From Balanoglossus misakiensis (lineage: Eukaryota > Animalia > Hemichordata): a stretch of DNA of 64,000 nucleotides. A program made the translations under genes and the position numbers. Below the pieces are notes generated by a model, which did no database searches, was not told the origin of the DNA, and saw only the letters and a list, made by a program, of their open reading frames with translations. Below, piece by piece: positions 52,001-64,000 of the stretch. The stretch is taken from contig CM082577.2 in NCBI GenBank assembly GCA_040954595.2, positions 1,612,001-1,676,000 on the forward strand. The letters are read 5' to 3'. Every line of letters starts with the position of its first letter. Position 1 is the first letter of the stretch.

Positions 52001-55000
52001 GGCTTCAGACCTGAAAATAAAACAGTATCAGTTAAACATAATGTTCCGAAAACTTAAAGGGGCTATTTTCAATCCCTGGTCCTGGTTTTACCGGTAGTTC
52101 TTGCTCTTTTTCCCCAAAAGTGTGCAAGAATTTATTTCAGCCCAACCCGATCTAATCCACAGGTACATTGTACTTGTAGACGGACCAAAAATACTGAAAA
52201 AACACAAAATATTTAGAGATATTGTGTTTTAATTTGACCGCATGTTCCGGTATACCGGTATGCCTCCATAAATAGAAAATTGCTAAAAACATTGCTATAA
52301 CATCTACAGAGGGGTTGATAACCATGGACATAGATCGATGTGATAATCACATTTTGATGATGCGAACCATGTCCAAAATACACAATCAGTTGCTTATACG
52401 TTACACAGCTGACATCCTATACACTGATTCTTGTTTGCTTTTAAGTGTTAGTGATTGAAATGTCTTGTTGTCCCAGTGGCAAATTCACTTGATTGGGGTT
52501 TATAATGTAGCTCGGGAGATGGAGCACACGCAGAGTATTACCGGCTGTTTTTATTTGCCTCAGCTTATGGTGTCAACCTCAAAGGAACAAAATTGGCAGC
52601 TGAATGATCGATAATAGACAATTACTGTGCAAAATCTTTACTGTGTGTGGAGCATCGCGGTGGAAACAGTTATTGTGATGAAGGACTGAGGCATACTTAT
52701 TGGAATCCAAACTCAACGATAGCAAGCTCGTGTTAGATTCGACATCCCATGGTGAATATATCACATGAGTTTAATAATCGAAACCGATATCTCGCAGCGC
52801 AAACACGTCATACTCCATGGAATTAGATTTCATTAATTTTATGCATCACAAGATTTACCAGGCTAATAGAAATATGATACATATTTCGGATTAATTGCAC
52901 TAGATCATTTTTTTTGGCTGTGGGGAAAGGAAAATTATACTTTTTTTTAAATCAAAGAAGAAAACATGACATTTACCATCTTCTTTTCATATAAATCACT
53001 ACTTTTTTCTCCAGAATAAACACAAAATACGGCGGCCATTTTGAATTTAAAATCTAAGACAATTTTGCTCTCTCATTCAGAATTTTGCACGATGACCTCC
53101 AATATTTACTTCTGATTTAAATTGAAAATACATCCAATGTTGACTTGAGCAAATTGTGCGAAAAAAGTTTAAGACTTTGATTTTCGAGGCAATTCTAACC
53201 TTTAGTGGAGATCAGAATCAAAGCTGCATAGCAAACTGGGGGCTCCGAGAGTGTCTTAATGTTTCTACATACAATTTTTTCAATTTTGTACAACAGAATT
53301 TCTGTGAAACAGACATTATCTTTCTGAAATCATGACACAGCTTGCAATTTTATCCCACACAGGCCTGCAAAACCATTTCTTCTGATAAATAAATGACATA
53401 AGCAATGATTGAGTTGAGATTCTATCTTTGCAGTTGTTCCTGCTTTACGTCATGCATTTTCAGATAACTACAGATGAAACAACTAAGCATTTTCAGATCA
53501 ACACTAGCAGACCAATGTGATTCCCACTCAACACATATTAACTAACAGTAAAGACAAGTTGACGCCTACAAATTGCTTTCTTAAACACTGGAGACCAATC
53601 ATGTTACCTCTCCTCAGAAAACAACAAAAGCATGAAGCACTGCTTGACTCAATTGATTCATGGACCAATTCCGATCGCAGCGATTTAAACCCATTCACTC
53701 CAATTTCCCTGTAGAGTTCCAGTGTTGTCGATGGGAACAGAGAAGTTGGTGTAAACCATGTCCAAACCCTGAAGAGCGGTTGCGTTATACTATACTATGT
53801 CAACTATAGGAACTACATGATTGTACATTCACACGTGCTATTTTTCATTGAAGCAGCACGCAAATTTGTTATTATTTAGGTGACCTAAGGATTCCCTAAG
53901 TGTCTAGATATTCATTTTTTCTGACCTTCTTGTGGTACCAATCAACCCGATTTTTCATCTCCACAATGCAATCAAACAATTGAGTCAATGTGACACTTGG
54001 CTAGTACATCTTGATGAAATTTCAAACGCTCGGCAATATGTACTTGTTGCCCCTCACAGCTCAAGCAGGCTCCACTTAACACCCATCTTGGTGATCATGA
54101 GCATCTCAAATTTAGTGAAAACAATTCACACCAAACGCAAGACCTAAGTGACATTAATGAATATAAGGTTGGGATTTCAGAATTACCGACGTCGCCATGG
54201 TTGTGCAGCGATGGAAAGGTATTTACGCTTGATTGAGGGCACTCAAAGTGAGATGTGTCATGTTTCTCATTTGTATATTAACAGGTAACTTGCACTTTTG
54301 CCCCAAAGAACAGATATTTGCTTAATCTGTGTTCGACGAAAAAAAAATTGTTTCCACCACGGTATGCCAGTATTTTTACCTTGAGATTGGCACAACTTGC
54401 AGTGAATCGAGCCCGGTTCTGGGATTGAAAGACAGCTGCTTGACGAAGCCACTGTCCACCACGTACCTAATGAGAGAGTTATGATCAGAGAGAAGAGATA
54501 AAAATGATGATGATGAGTTCCAAACAGAAAGGGCTCATTTGCCATGCCTTATAACGCTGGCAGCAAAACCAATGGTCCACATACTGTGGTAATGCCATCA
54601 CTCAAATGTTGAAAAATCCTGCCTGCAATTTCAGCCTAGAATAGAATAGAATCATGAGGATTGGCCGATTTCCCTGCTGTGAGTTCTTTGTGTTTGTTAG
54701 GCTGTGACGTAGTAAGTCTGAATTTGGTGCGTCATAAAAACAAGCAAAAATTGAGCTTTCTTTTTTGAACCAAATGAAATACAGTAGGTAACACAACACA
54801 AGTCATTAGCTGTAACTTTTGGCAATTTTCTTCAACATTTAATTGTGTGTATACTGAAGTTTTCTGGATCCAACAAATGAAACTCCAGCTACATGTATTC
54901 TGCCTGTCATTATTAACAGTACAGTATGTGTGTGAATGACCACAATGTTATTGACAACAATATGAACGCACGTCACATTTGAATTCATGTGTACTAAGAT

Positions 55001-58000
55001 CAACTTTGACACACTCAGAATCGAAACACAAACAGGCCATGGCAATGAATGTTCCAAACATGTTTGTGTTCATAGCCTTATAAAGAACAGGGTAAGGAGC
55101 ACATTTTAATTAGGCCATCTTGGGAATTTAGAAATGCAGGTCTCACAAAGGAAGATTTGTAGGCTTGGCCGGAGCTTGTCCTGCCTAAAAGCCAAGGAAG
55201 TGTCCACGCACTCATCAACATTCCCGATACAGACGATAGCTTTGATCAGAGCCGGGCACATTCCAATTACATTCCCTCCCACCGGAATTCCCGCCTCCTT
55301 AGCCAAAAAAGATGATCAGCAGATGACCCTCAGCTACAAGTGTATGGAATTAGAGTAGAGCAAGCATGTTGAACATACTGATATACTGTATTCCTCTCAT
55401 GTTTTCAAAGCAGGTCTTTCAAACAGAAACAAATGCATCTAATTATTGCCGATGCAATGAAGAACGCCATTGCTGCAAGAAGGTTGTCAAGTCCCACTTT
55501 ACTAAGCTTTATTCCATAGCCCTATCCCTTGCAAAAAGTAAATTAGCTGGCTGGATTCTGACAATGCAATGGGCAACACACAGCAAGCTATGACATTTAT
55601 ATTCAAACTTTAATTACCGGTACATTAATCTCCAAATAATGAATGTACAAGAACCCACCTTATTCCATCAATTGTCAATGACGTCCCTGCAATATTCGTA
55701 GCCACTATGCATTTTCTGACACCTGGCTCAGCCGGTTTGAAGATCCGCCTCTGAGACTCTGTATAAGATTTAAAAGACAGAGTTAGCATCATAAATACCC
55801 TGTTAAGACACAGTGCATGGGTTTCAACCAATTTCCGGTGTTATCCTGAGACAAGGAAGACACAAATTCCACTTGCTCATCATGCACGCACATACAACTT
55901 TGAAGATGCATTTTTTCTCACTTCCATTGCAGTGTTACGCTGTATGACACCTGTACATGAACATTAAATACATGTTATGGATGTAATTTGCCTTTTTGGG
56001 GGACAAAATTGTAACAATGACTAAACAATAATGGCCTTGAATTCTCACAACTTAAAGTAGGTATTTGACCCCCTCGCATGAAGTACATGTGTACATGTAA
56101 AAACTATTTAAGGTAACAACTGATTGGCAACAGTTAAAGGTAATTCTGTGGTTGTATTGTCAGCAGTACCAGCTGTGTTTAACATGAGTACATTATGATG
56201 CCTGATAAGCACTGATGTCCAAATGCATTAGCAGCAATGAGTTATTATATGACTATTGAGTAACTATTAAAATCTCATCTGAATTCTCAGGTCAATCAAT
56301 ATGGACTACAGTCAAGTGAAATACAATCATGACAAATGGCTCAATGCAGCAGGTGTATTTTCCAACAAATCTGCCTTTCATCTTTTCAACACACAAAATT
56401 CAGGAATAAACTTGATCCCAAGCCATTAAATTTAACCTGTCATTGGTCAGTCAGTTACAAAACAAGTAGGCTGTTATACAGGAGAAACGAGTTCACTTGA
56501 ATTCCAGTTTGATAACATTTTTAGCTCCCATTTGGTATATCAGTCAGCATCAATCGCCTGTCTGTCTGTACATGTATGTGCATGTATGTATGTCCACTGC
56601 AAAGCTTTGAGAACAAATGTGAATTTGTCAATAATCAACACATATTTTTCAGAAAGAGTTCAAGGTCCTTGGTACGTATTTGCTCAATTTTATTCATTGT
56701 AGATTTGTGTTGGAAATTGGTCAGTATGAGTTCAATAACTAATGTACATGTATCGGTATGTCTCTCTTGAATGTAGCAACTTTCATCAAATGGTAGTGTA
56801 GTGCCCTCGATGCTATTTTTAAAACTGCACCTTCCTACATCATCAAGAGGAAGAAAATAGGACAAAAGAGATGCAAAGCAGCTGGGAAGTGAGTCACAGA
56901 AAAATATTTCCAGGAATAAAAATCATTTATGATGTCAGAGATTTATCATGAACCGGAAAATGCCAACACCTGGTTTACGATGGAAACACCGTTTTCAATA
57001 AATCATATCTACTGACACAAACAACTTGAGTAGAGTTCCGTTACGTAAAACCGAACGTGCCGATACAATAACCGTTTATCGAACCAGTCAGGTGAAATAA
57101 AAGCCTGATTTGCAGGGATGTGAGATAGCATCAGTTGGTTACAAAAATTGCTATCCTTTTTAGAGGTATATGATGTCAGCCGTACAGTTGCGTTTGACAA
57201 GACACAAATGACTTATTGCAGATATTTGGGGTGAAACAGCTGGTACTCCCATCTTTGCAAATCTGAGACTTTTCAAGAACGTTTACAAGATTCCTATCTC
57301 AAAACTTGCAGTCGGGTAATTCAACACCGCAGAGATAACATTAAATCTGTGGACGTGCAGAATGGATGTTAGATGCAAACTCAAATAATAGAGCGTCTAT
57401 AATTAAAGGGGACAGACAACCAGATATATACATATATACATATACACAGAAATGAAGAGACAATTATTTACAATTTCGTTTTGAACATGTCATTGAATTA
57501 TTGGAGAAACAGGTGTACTGCTGACACGATATAGACGCATTGCTGAAGAAGAAAAAAGCCACTGGGCAAAACAGAGGATAAATAAGCCTTTTGAGAATTT
57601 ACAGTTTTAATATGTTTTGGGGATTTGATGTACGGTGATTTGTTGTGATAAATTCTCTCCACAAGGATATAAACATCACTGAATAAAAAATGGCCATCTC
57701 CTGAGTGATTATTGAGTAATATGTAGCCCGGCCATGTTGAAAATTGCAGTTTTGCTATAAAAATCAATCAAAAGACATTTTGTGTTGTGAATATTTTAAG
57801 GTAAACTTAAAAATATGTGTTAAAAAGGATGTGCATTTGTATGCATGGGACTCAAGAAAGGTTTCATTGCAGTAACATTTGTGAAACAAGTGACAGAAAC
57901 CACAACGAACACAACATGCTGTAATCGTCAGGTGCATAACAATGCCCTTTGTTACATTTTTGAAATGCAGAGTGGGGTTCATCCTGTATTTAGACATGAT

Positions 58001-61000
58001 CCTTCAGAGCACCAAACGTCGGAAAATTCAAAGTGGGTGTTAACACTTGATCCCTATGATGAGCAGTAGGATAAATCTCTCTCTAGGCATTAGGGAGAAG
58101 TCTCTTTCAACACACAGCGTTCTCTAGTGCATAAATGAGAAACACAAAAGGAGGTGAGGGACTTGCGTGGACAGCAACAAGAATACCAACTGCACTGGGA
58201 ATAATTGTGTTGCCATAACGATTACAGGCACTGTGCTCATATGGCTATTAAATTAGCATATTATTTTGCTATACACCTGTGACAAGCATAACACTACCCT
58301 TCCTACAATTGTAAAATAACAAATAATCTCAAATTCACAATTTGTACTTATAATTATGAATAAGGACGAAACAATCTGCCCAAATTGTCACCTTATGGAT
58401 AGATAAATCCTATTTGGAAAGTTTCTTTTTGAAATCACGAAGATGGCAAACAGTTGGTACATGGACACGTTCCTGTAGAGCACTAGAGTTAGAAGCAGAA
58501 CAGCAAATAATACGTTTACCTGATGGTTTGATATGATGGAACTCTAAAACCACTTCACCCAATAGAGACCAAAGACAAGATGGCTGATTCACTTTAATGC
58601 GCACCATGATTCCTGATCTCCCAACGTGACTTGTTGACTGCCCTCATTACCATCACACAGTTATGTCTCCTCCCCCGACCCGACCACAGAGCTGCGACAA
58701 CCCGTGCCTTGAGAGTCAAACACTTGTTGACGCAACTGATGACAGGGTGACGTTAAAGGCCAGCCTTAATTGACACTCATCGACGAACGGCAAATGCTCG
58801 AGGCTGAAACGGCGCCAAATCAATCCACAAACCGCCCGCACTCTTCTCCGACATTGACAGTTTTTTTTTGCGAAGTTGGGAAAAAACAAGAGGAATGGCG
58901 TCTAGACGCATTCGTTTGGCGGAGAAAAACAAATCTGGCGAGGAGGATGACATCTGGCGTTGCGATTGTTGGCTAAAGGTAAAGCCACGTCCGAAGGGAA
59001 ATGCATCTGCCATCTGACACCGATACTCAGAGACAAAAATAGTGTCTCAATCCGGAACACTGTCAGTCGGTATAAACGTGAGACTCTGCGATCCTATACC
59101 AATATACTTAACCTAGCAACCTTCAATTCTCATGCTGCGTCCAACCCTGACCACATAAAACAATCAGGAAATTAGGAACATTGATGTCTGATTGACGTGA
59201 TACTATTCTACTGCGTTATTTAGAAATCACACACCCAAAAAAAGCTATCAAACATTCTGGATAAATCAAAACTAATCAATAAAAGAAAATCTTTACTCTA
59301 CATAATCAAACTGTAAAAGTTGAATTAAAAAAGAAAGAATAACGCCTGGTTCTCTTTTCTACTTTACTGATTTCTTACTCAGAAAGTGGATACTAGTATT
59401 TTGCGCGAGTGGGTCGGGTTAATAACAGATACTTTGGGAGGATTCAGTGGAGTGTTAAATTGAAAGCTCTCAACAAATGAAGGGGAAAGTTAAAGACACG
59501 GCAATAGCTTCAAAGTACAGGCTCATAAAGTGACGCTATCCGTAAAAACGATAACGACGCCTCTTCTGTCACGCTCTACCGTTTTCTTATTAAACATATA
59601 ATGAACATCAATTACTGGAGGAATTTTTCAGCGAAAACCTAAATTATTTTTCATCTTTTTAGTCAGGACTAAAAGGGTATTGGATATTAGTCCACAAATT
59701 AGCAACTGGAAGTCATCAAAATTTTGTGAAATCATCAACTCATATGTGGCTGCGCAATTATTGGAGTCGTATATCAGAACTGAAATTTAATATATGTGAA
59801 ACATATAATGAAGGTCACATTACAAGTTTGTATTATGTGTAATGAATTTCTAATTCAAACTCATGTGCACGCAATAATTGCAGAAGCAGAGGATTTGGTA
59901 TCATGATATATGACACCCTACACTGAAGCCAATTTTATATTTGAGGAAATGCAAACTGAATTCTTCACCTGGAAGTTCATATCTATTTCCTTTTAATAAT
60001 GTGATATGCACTCTTTGGTCTTTTCAAACCCTCTTCACTTTTGACATTTAATATATCACACCCTACATCAAAACCAATTTTATATGTGAGGAAAGGTATA
60101 ATGCATTTTCTATTGCAAACTGATTTATTCACCTGCAAGTTCACATCTATAAGTAACATCTATTAACTGTGATACGCAATTGTGGGTCTTTCCAAATCCA
60201 TTCCTTCTATTTTTACACCTGTGAGATGAATTTATCCTAGGTTTAAATCCTTCGCACAGACTTGTGACGCCTTTCAGAGTGAAATGTCCCCAAACACACA
60301 TACTGGACAGGATGAATCTGCAGTGAGATGTACAATGAACCCTTAAAATATTCCTAAAAGACAAGCAGTTCATATGAACATCCAAATATGAAGGATATCA
60401 ACTTCCCTCTCGGCAAGTGTGATTAATGCGCACAAGTCGACATTCAAGGGAAAGTTTATCACGATGGCTCTGATGAAATATGAGACACTTTCACACAGCA
60501 AGAACAAGAACGACAAACGGATGCGCTAAAAATGATGTTGTTTGGAGGCAAAGGTTGACGGATAATGAATGAACACATCGCCACGGGAGGAACGGTGTTG
60601 GATTTCTAGATGCGAAATTAAAAGCTACGAAGCCTCCAAATGGATGGATACAAATCAAATGGTGCGCCAATCAATATTTTATTTGCTTCGTGTTTTAAGA
60701 CTTCCGAGTGTGCTACCCGCAAGCCACAAATGTGCCACTTAGCAGTTACTGCAGGAGAGAAAAGCTCCAGAGAAATGCTTGGAAGATTTTTCCAACATAT
60801 ATGTACCGGTATAAACACTAGTACACTGCTTTTTATTGTTTGTGTCTGGGTTGTTTTGTGTGTTCGTAAACATTCTGAATTGGAATATTTGAAAAATGCT
60901 CAAAAGATAGAGTCAGTGGGGCTTCAATTTTTAAACTCTGACAAATATCCACACTAGTTAAGCTAATATTTTGTACTGATCCACATGACTACAGAGTGAT

Positions 61001-61468
61001 GATCCTGTTTATTTTAACTCCCAATGCAGGACACATCGCCTCTGGCCACTCTCTTAAAACCGACGACATTCACTGAACAAATTAAACAGGAAACATATGT
61101 CACATGGATTTTTAACATTGACTTAGGGAGGTTTATGCATTATTTAAGTTATGGTAACAGTTCTGAAGTGTTTTCGCGAATGAGACAAAAGAAACCACAA
61201 CAGATGCTCCCCTAGCTCTACAGAAAATCTCCAACAGGCCTGAAATGTGGTTGATCGGCCTTCCCTCACCTGTTGGCATTGAGCCGTAAACCGGCAGGAT
61301 CAGCAGAGCAGCCACGTTTCTGTCGGCGACGTCAAATTCGTAGTCGATGTTTTCGGCTTTCTTGAATAAGCAAGCGCATGCCTTCTCGATTTCTGCCTGG
61401 CCCGTCAGAAATATCAAGATGTCACCCTGGCATTGGTCTAGGTGAATATCCATGGCAACGTCAACCAC
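37006..61468 (-). CDS. DHX40: Probable ATP-dependent RNA helicase DHX40, 3' 13 exons (5' exons lie beyond the right edge)
   Basis: Exons (-) 61468-61270, 55758-55659, 54466-54380, 52010-51939, 49019-48909, 46684-46604, 43743-43586, 41774-41660, 39869-39761, 39531-39364, 38759-38673, 37506-37359, 37121-37006; 1551 nt in frame. DEAH motifs: [59 protein letters not shown]40-type segments: [61 protein letters not shown] on the - strand at 36924-36919. Confidence 0.95.
42056..42101 (+). repeat. Exact 23-bp tandem duplication
   Basis: tcagtaactaaagacaagcgaca x2. Confidence 0.9.
43785..43966. mobile_element. Degenerate MITE-like element in a DHX40 intron
   Basis: The right end gaatatttcctgttttacagta is an imperfect inverted repeat of the left end tgctaaagatacaggaaatgtc. 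The TA-terminated CAGTA end is typical of Tc1/mariner-type MITEs. Confidence 0.4.
52920..53205. mobile_element. Probable non-autonomous interspersed repeat fragment
   Basis: AT-rich block with ggcggccattttgaattt and a ...gaggcaattctaaccttta terminus. Loosely related segments with aaaatggccgcc/ggccatcttggattt occur at about 5283-5480, 50640-50790 and 51870-51925. Family not verified. Confidence 0.4.
59905..60200 (+). repeat. Diverged tandem duplication of about 130-150 bp
   Basis: 59905-60030 and 60051-60200 share acaccctaca...ccaattttatat.tgaggaaa...tgcaaactga...ttcacctg.aagttca.atctat...tgtgata.gca...ggtcttt.caaa. Confidence 0.8.
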
Positions 61469-64000
61469 CTGAAGAAAACAAAAACAACAACAAAACCCAA
61501 CATATTGAGCACGTTTGTATTTGGAGTGCAAATTAAAGATTTCAGAAGAACAATAAAGAACCACAATGCAAGTTGTAGTGCTCGAAAAGTAATCACGAAA
61601 GAAAGTTGACACACAAGGACACGTCTATCAGGGAATATTAATTTCAAAAAACCGTGACAGCGACAAATAGTTATACCGGACCGAGTTCAATACAATATGG
61701 CTTATACCTGGTATGTGTGGATGTCTAATAAAGAGCAATTTAAGGACATTGTCGAGTTGATGATATGCACTGCAGGGTTTGCACTCAGGATGTAATGTTT
61801 CCGGGAACACGAACCGTACAACTACCATGCTGTGTGTCTACGTGCCATTGCTGTACGCTATGAGTAAAGAGAGCGTATATCACCATGGTAACTAATTAGC
61901 TTCCAAACGCTCTATTGCGGGACTTTATTTGGAGGAAGTGAGTGCCGCGTTTATGAGGTTGCAGTGTCACCTTTTTTCTGTAGATATGTGAGGCGGCTTT
62001 TGATAAATAAATCTTTGCTAGAGAAACCTCAGTCAGGCTGCATTCATGAATCTACAGTATACCGTAGTCTCTATGCAAAATGTGAAGAAATAAAACTGAC
62101 CGCCTGCATTGAAGAAGATTACGAAAAGTACATGATGTACATGTCAGGCAATGTTTTTTTTCAAGAGTGTTGGGGAAAATATGAATTGCAAAGCTGGGGA
62201 AACTAGGGTAACAAGAAGCTCAGTATCATTATTTTGGAAAGAGCTGTACAAAGCCCCGAGGGGCCTGTAGTCCAAGATTAATATCATTGCAGAACTTAAG
62301 TCAACTTTCAGCAGGCCTAATGAAAGAGATGCTGGTTAGTATTGCTATCGCCCAGGAGAATCAAAGTATAGAATTACACTGAACTCAAATATAGTCGGTG
62401 ATTCAAATGTACACGGTGACGTATATACATGTACCAAGAGATGGTTTGATATACTTTTGTAAACAAATAAAAAAAAAACATGATTGAAAATGTTTTATTC
62501 AACGCTTGTCCTTAAAGACCCGATTTAGACAATGTCTTTGGAAAGGCAAGACAGCATGTTCAAAATGTCAGCTTAAGATCCTGAAATGTTCATGGAAACA
62601 TATACTGGCAATATGATTCTTTAAATCCAAATGAAATTGTGATTTTCATTATTTAGCATCAAGCATTATAACCTGAAGGTAGAGAGTTTTCTTGACATTG
62701 TTAAGACGCCGTTTTGAAGGTTATTCATTTTAAAAAAGCAGAACATTAATCATCAGGCTTTGTTAGAGAACTGAACGTGCCACATCCATGGCAACGCATT
62801 CATTTTCTGATCTTTTTATCTGATATACAACCTGTCCTTCTCTCATCAATTGAATCGAATGGACTCAAGAAACTTGTTGCTGGAAATTGGCTTTGAAGTG
62901 TTCTGGCCTGAAAGATAAACACATCTAAAAAAAGATGAATCTGCATTGTTGTCAAAATTGTGCCAATTTTATTTGAAATTTGCTGCGCTGTACGGATACA
63001 ATTTTGTCCCCTATTCTTAAATGGAAATCTACGCCACCTGTGGCCTTGACGTTATTACTGATTTCTGTATCATATTTCAGAAATGATAAATAATCACGGC
63101 AGTGTGCGTAAAGGTGGTAATCTGAGTATCGTACCAAGAATACACGGCACCATTATGAGGAAATTAGACCAGTAACAAACTCTGAAATTTCAAAGATGGT
63201 CGATTTGCCTGATTTCTACTTGTTGAGATGTAAAACAAATTATGCGAAAGCGATGTCAGAAACACACTTGTCACTGACATTTGATAATGACTCTCACTTA
63301 TTAAGCATTTCCTGTGGAGGGAGATCTGATGTCTGTCAATGAACAGGTGAAAACGTCAAATTGTGCCAAACTGATATTACTATCATTCCTTCATCTTGCT
63401 CTTGACATATGAACGCAAAAAGCCTACAATAACAAGGACTATGGGAAATACGGAAGATCCAATGAACAATGTTACAGATAGAGTGAGTATATGGCAGAAG
63501 TCTTGTTAATTGCATTTTATTCAGTACTTGTTTTTATTTCAAAAGTTAAATTTTAATACAAGGATGCTTGAATAACTACTGGTAAATAGACTGCCAGCAA
63601 ACCTCAGTGAATGATTGCAGCCAACTCAATTTGGGCATAGATGATTACTTAGACAATACACATAATGTAAGTAACCATTTCCTTTAATGGTTGACTGAGA
63701 TTCTCCACAACCGCGCATAGGAAACCGCAAAAAAAGTTATCTGATGTTCGTAGTATCTCAACAATCAGGGTGTTCGCAGGTGAAGGCGTCAGTTGAGCAC
63801 AAAATGCGTTTTTTTATCAAGTCTGTAACACTGTGTCAATGACAGTCTGGAGACTTTGTCAACATCAGTTTGAAGCACATTCATCACTGTTGCTAAGCAA
63901 CGCCGGCACTATCTGGCAAACGAGACCGGGGAATGACTGGATATTTTTTTAATGGTGTTGTGAATTGTCGTGCTTGCGTATCCAAAGGGGTCTGGGTTGG

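Noticed and set aside
62832-62907. AG...GT-flanked 76-nt segment on the - strand as an extra DHX40 exon
   Set aside because: The translation does not resemble DHX40, the length breaks the frame and the donor (gttgta) is weak. It could be a poison exon, but this is unsupported.

Overview
Intron-rich animal genomic DNA, most likely from an invertebrate deuterostome (inferred from gene content and intron style, not proven). Splicing GT-AG exons by eye gives the following order: 5' coding exon of COQ7 (-), head-to-head with a complete 12-exon HAP40/F8A gene (+); three tandem 7-exon HPGD-like short-chain dehydrogenases (+); a 7-exon FOXRED2-like flavoprotein (-) with no signal peptide or ER-retention tail; about 8 kb of gene-free, CpG- and motif-rich DNA; a fourth, more divergent HPGD-like SDR (-); and the 3' 13 exons of the DEAH helicase DHX40 (-). 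The most interesting structure is the 27-kb all-oxidoreductase block (4 SDRs plus 1 flavoprotein). Its SDR copies differ mainly at substrate-binding positions, its middle copy looks like an unequal-crossover chimera, and CTCF-like motifs bracket the flavoprotein. It is a candidate animal small-molecule metabolic gene cluster, but this is inference only. No prokaryotic systems, CRISPR arrays, rRNA or intact tRNA genes were seen.
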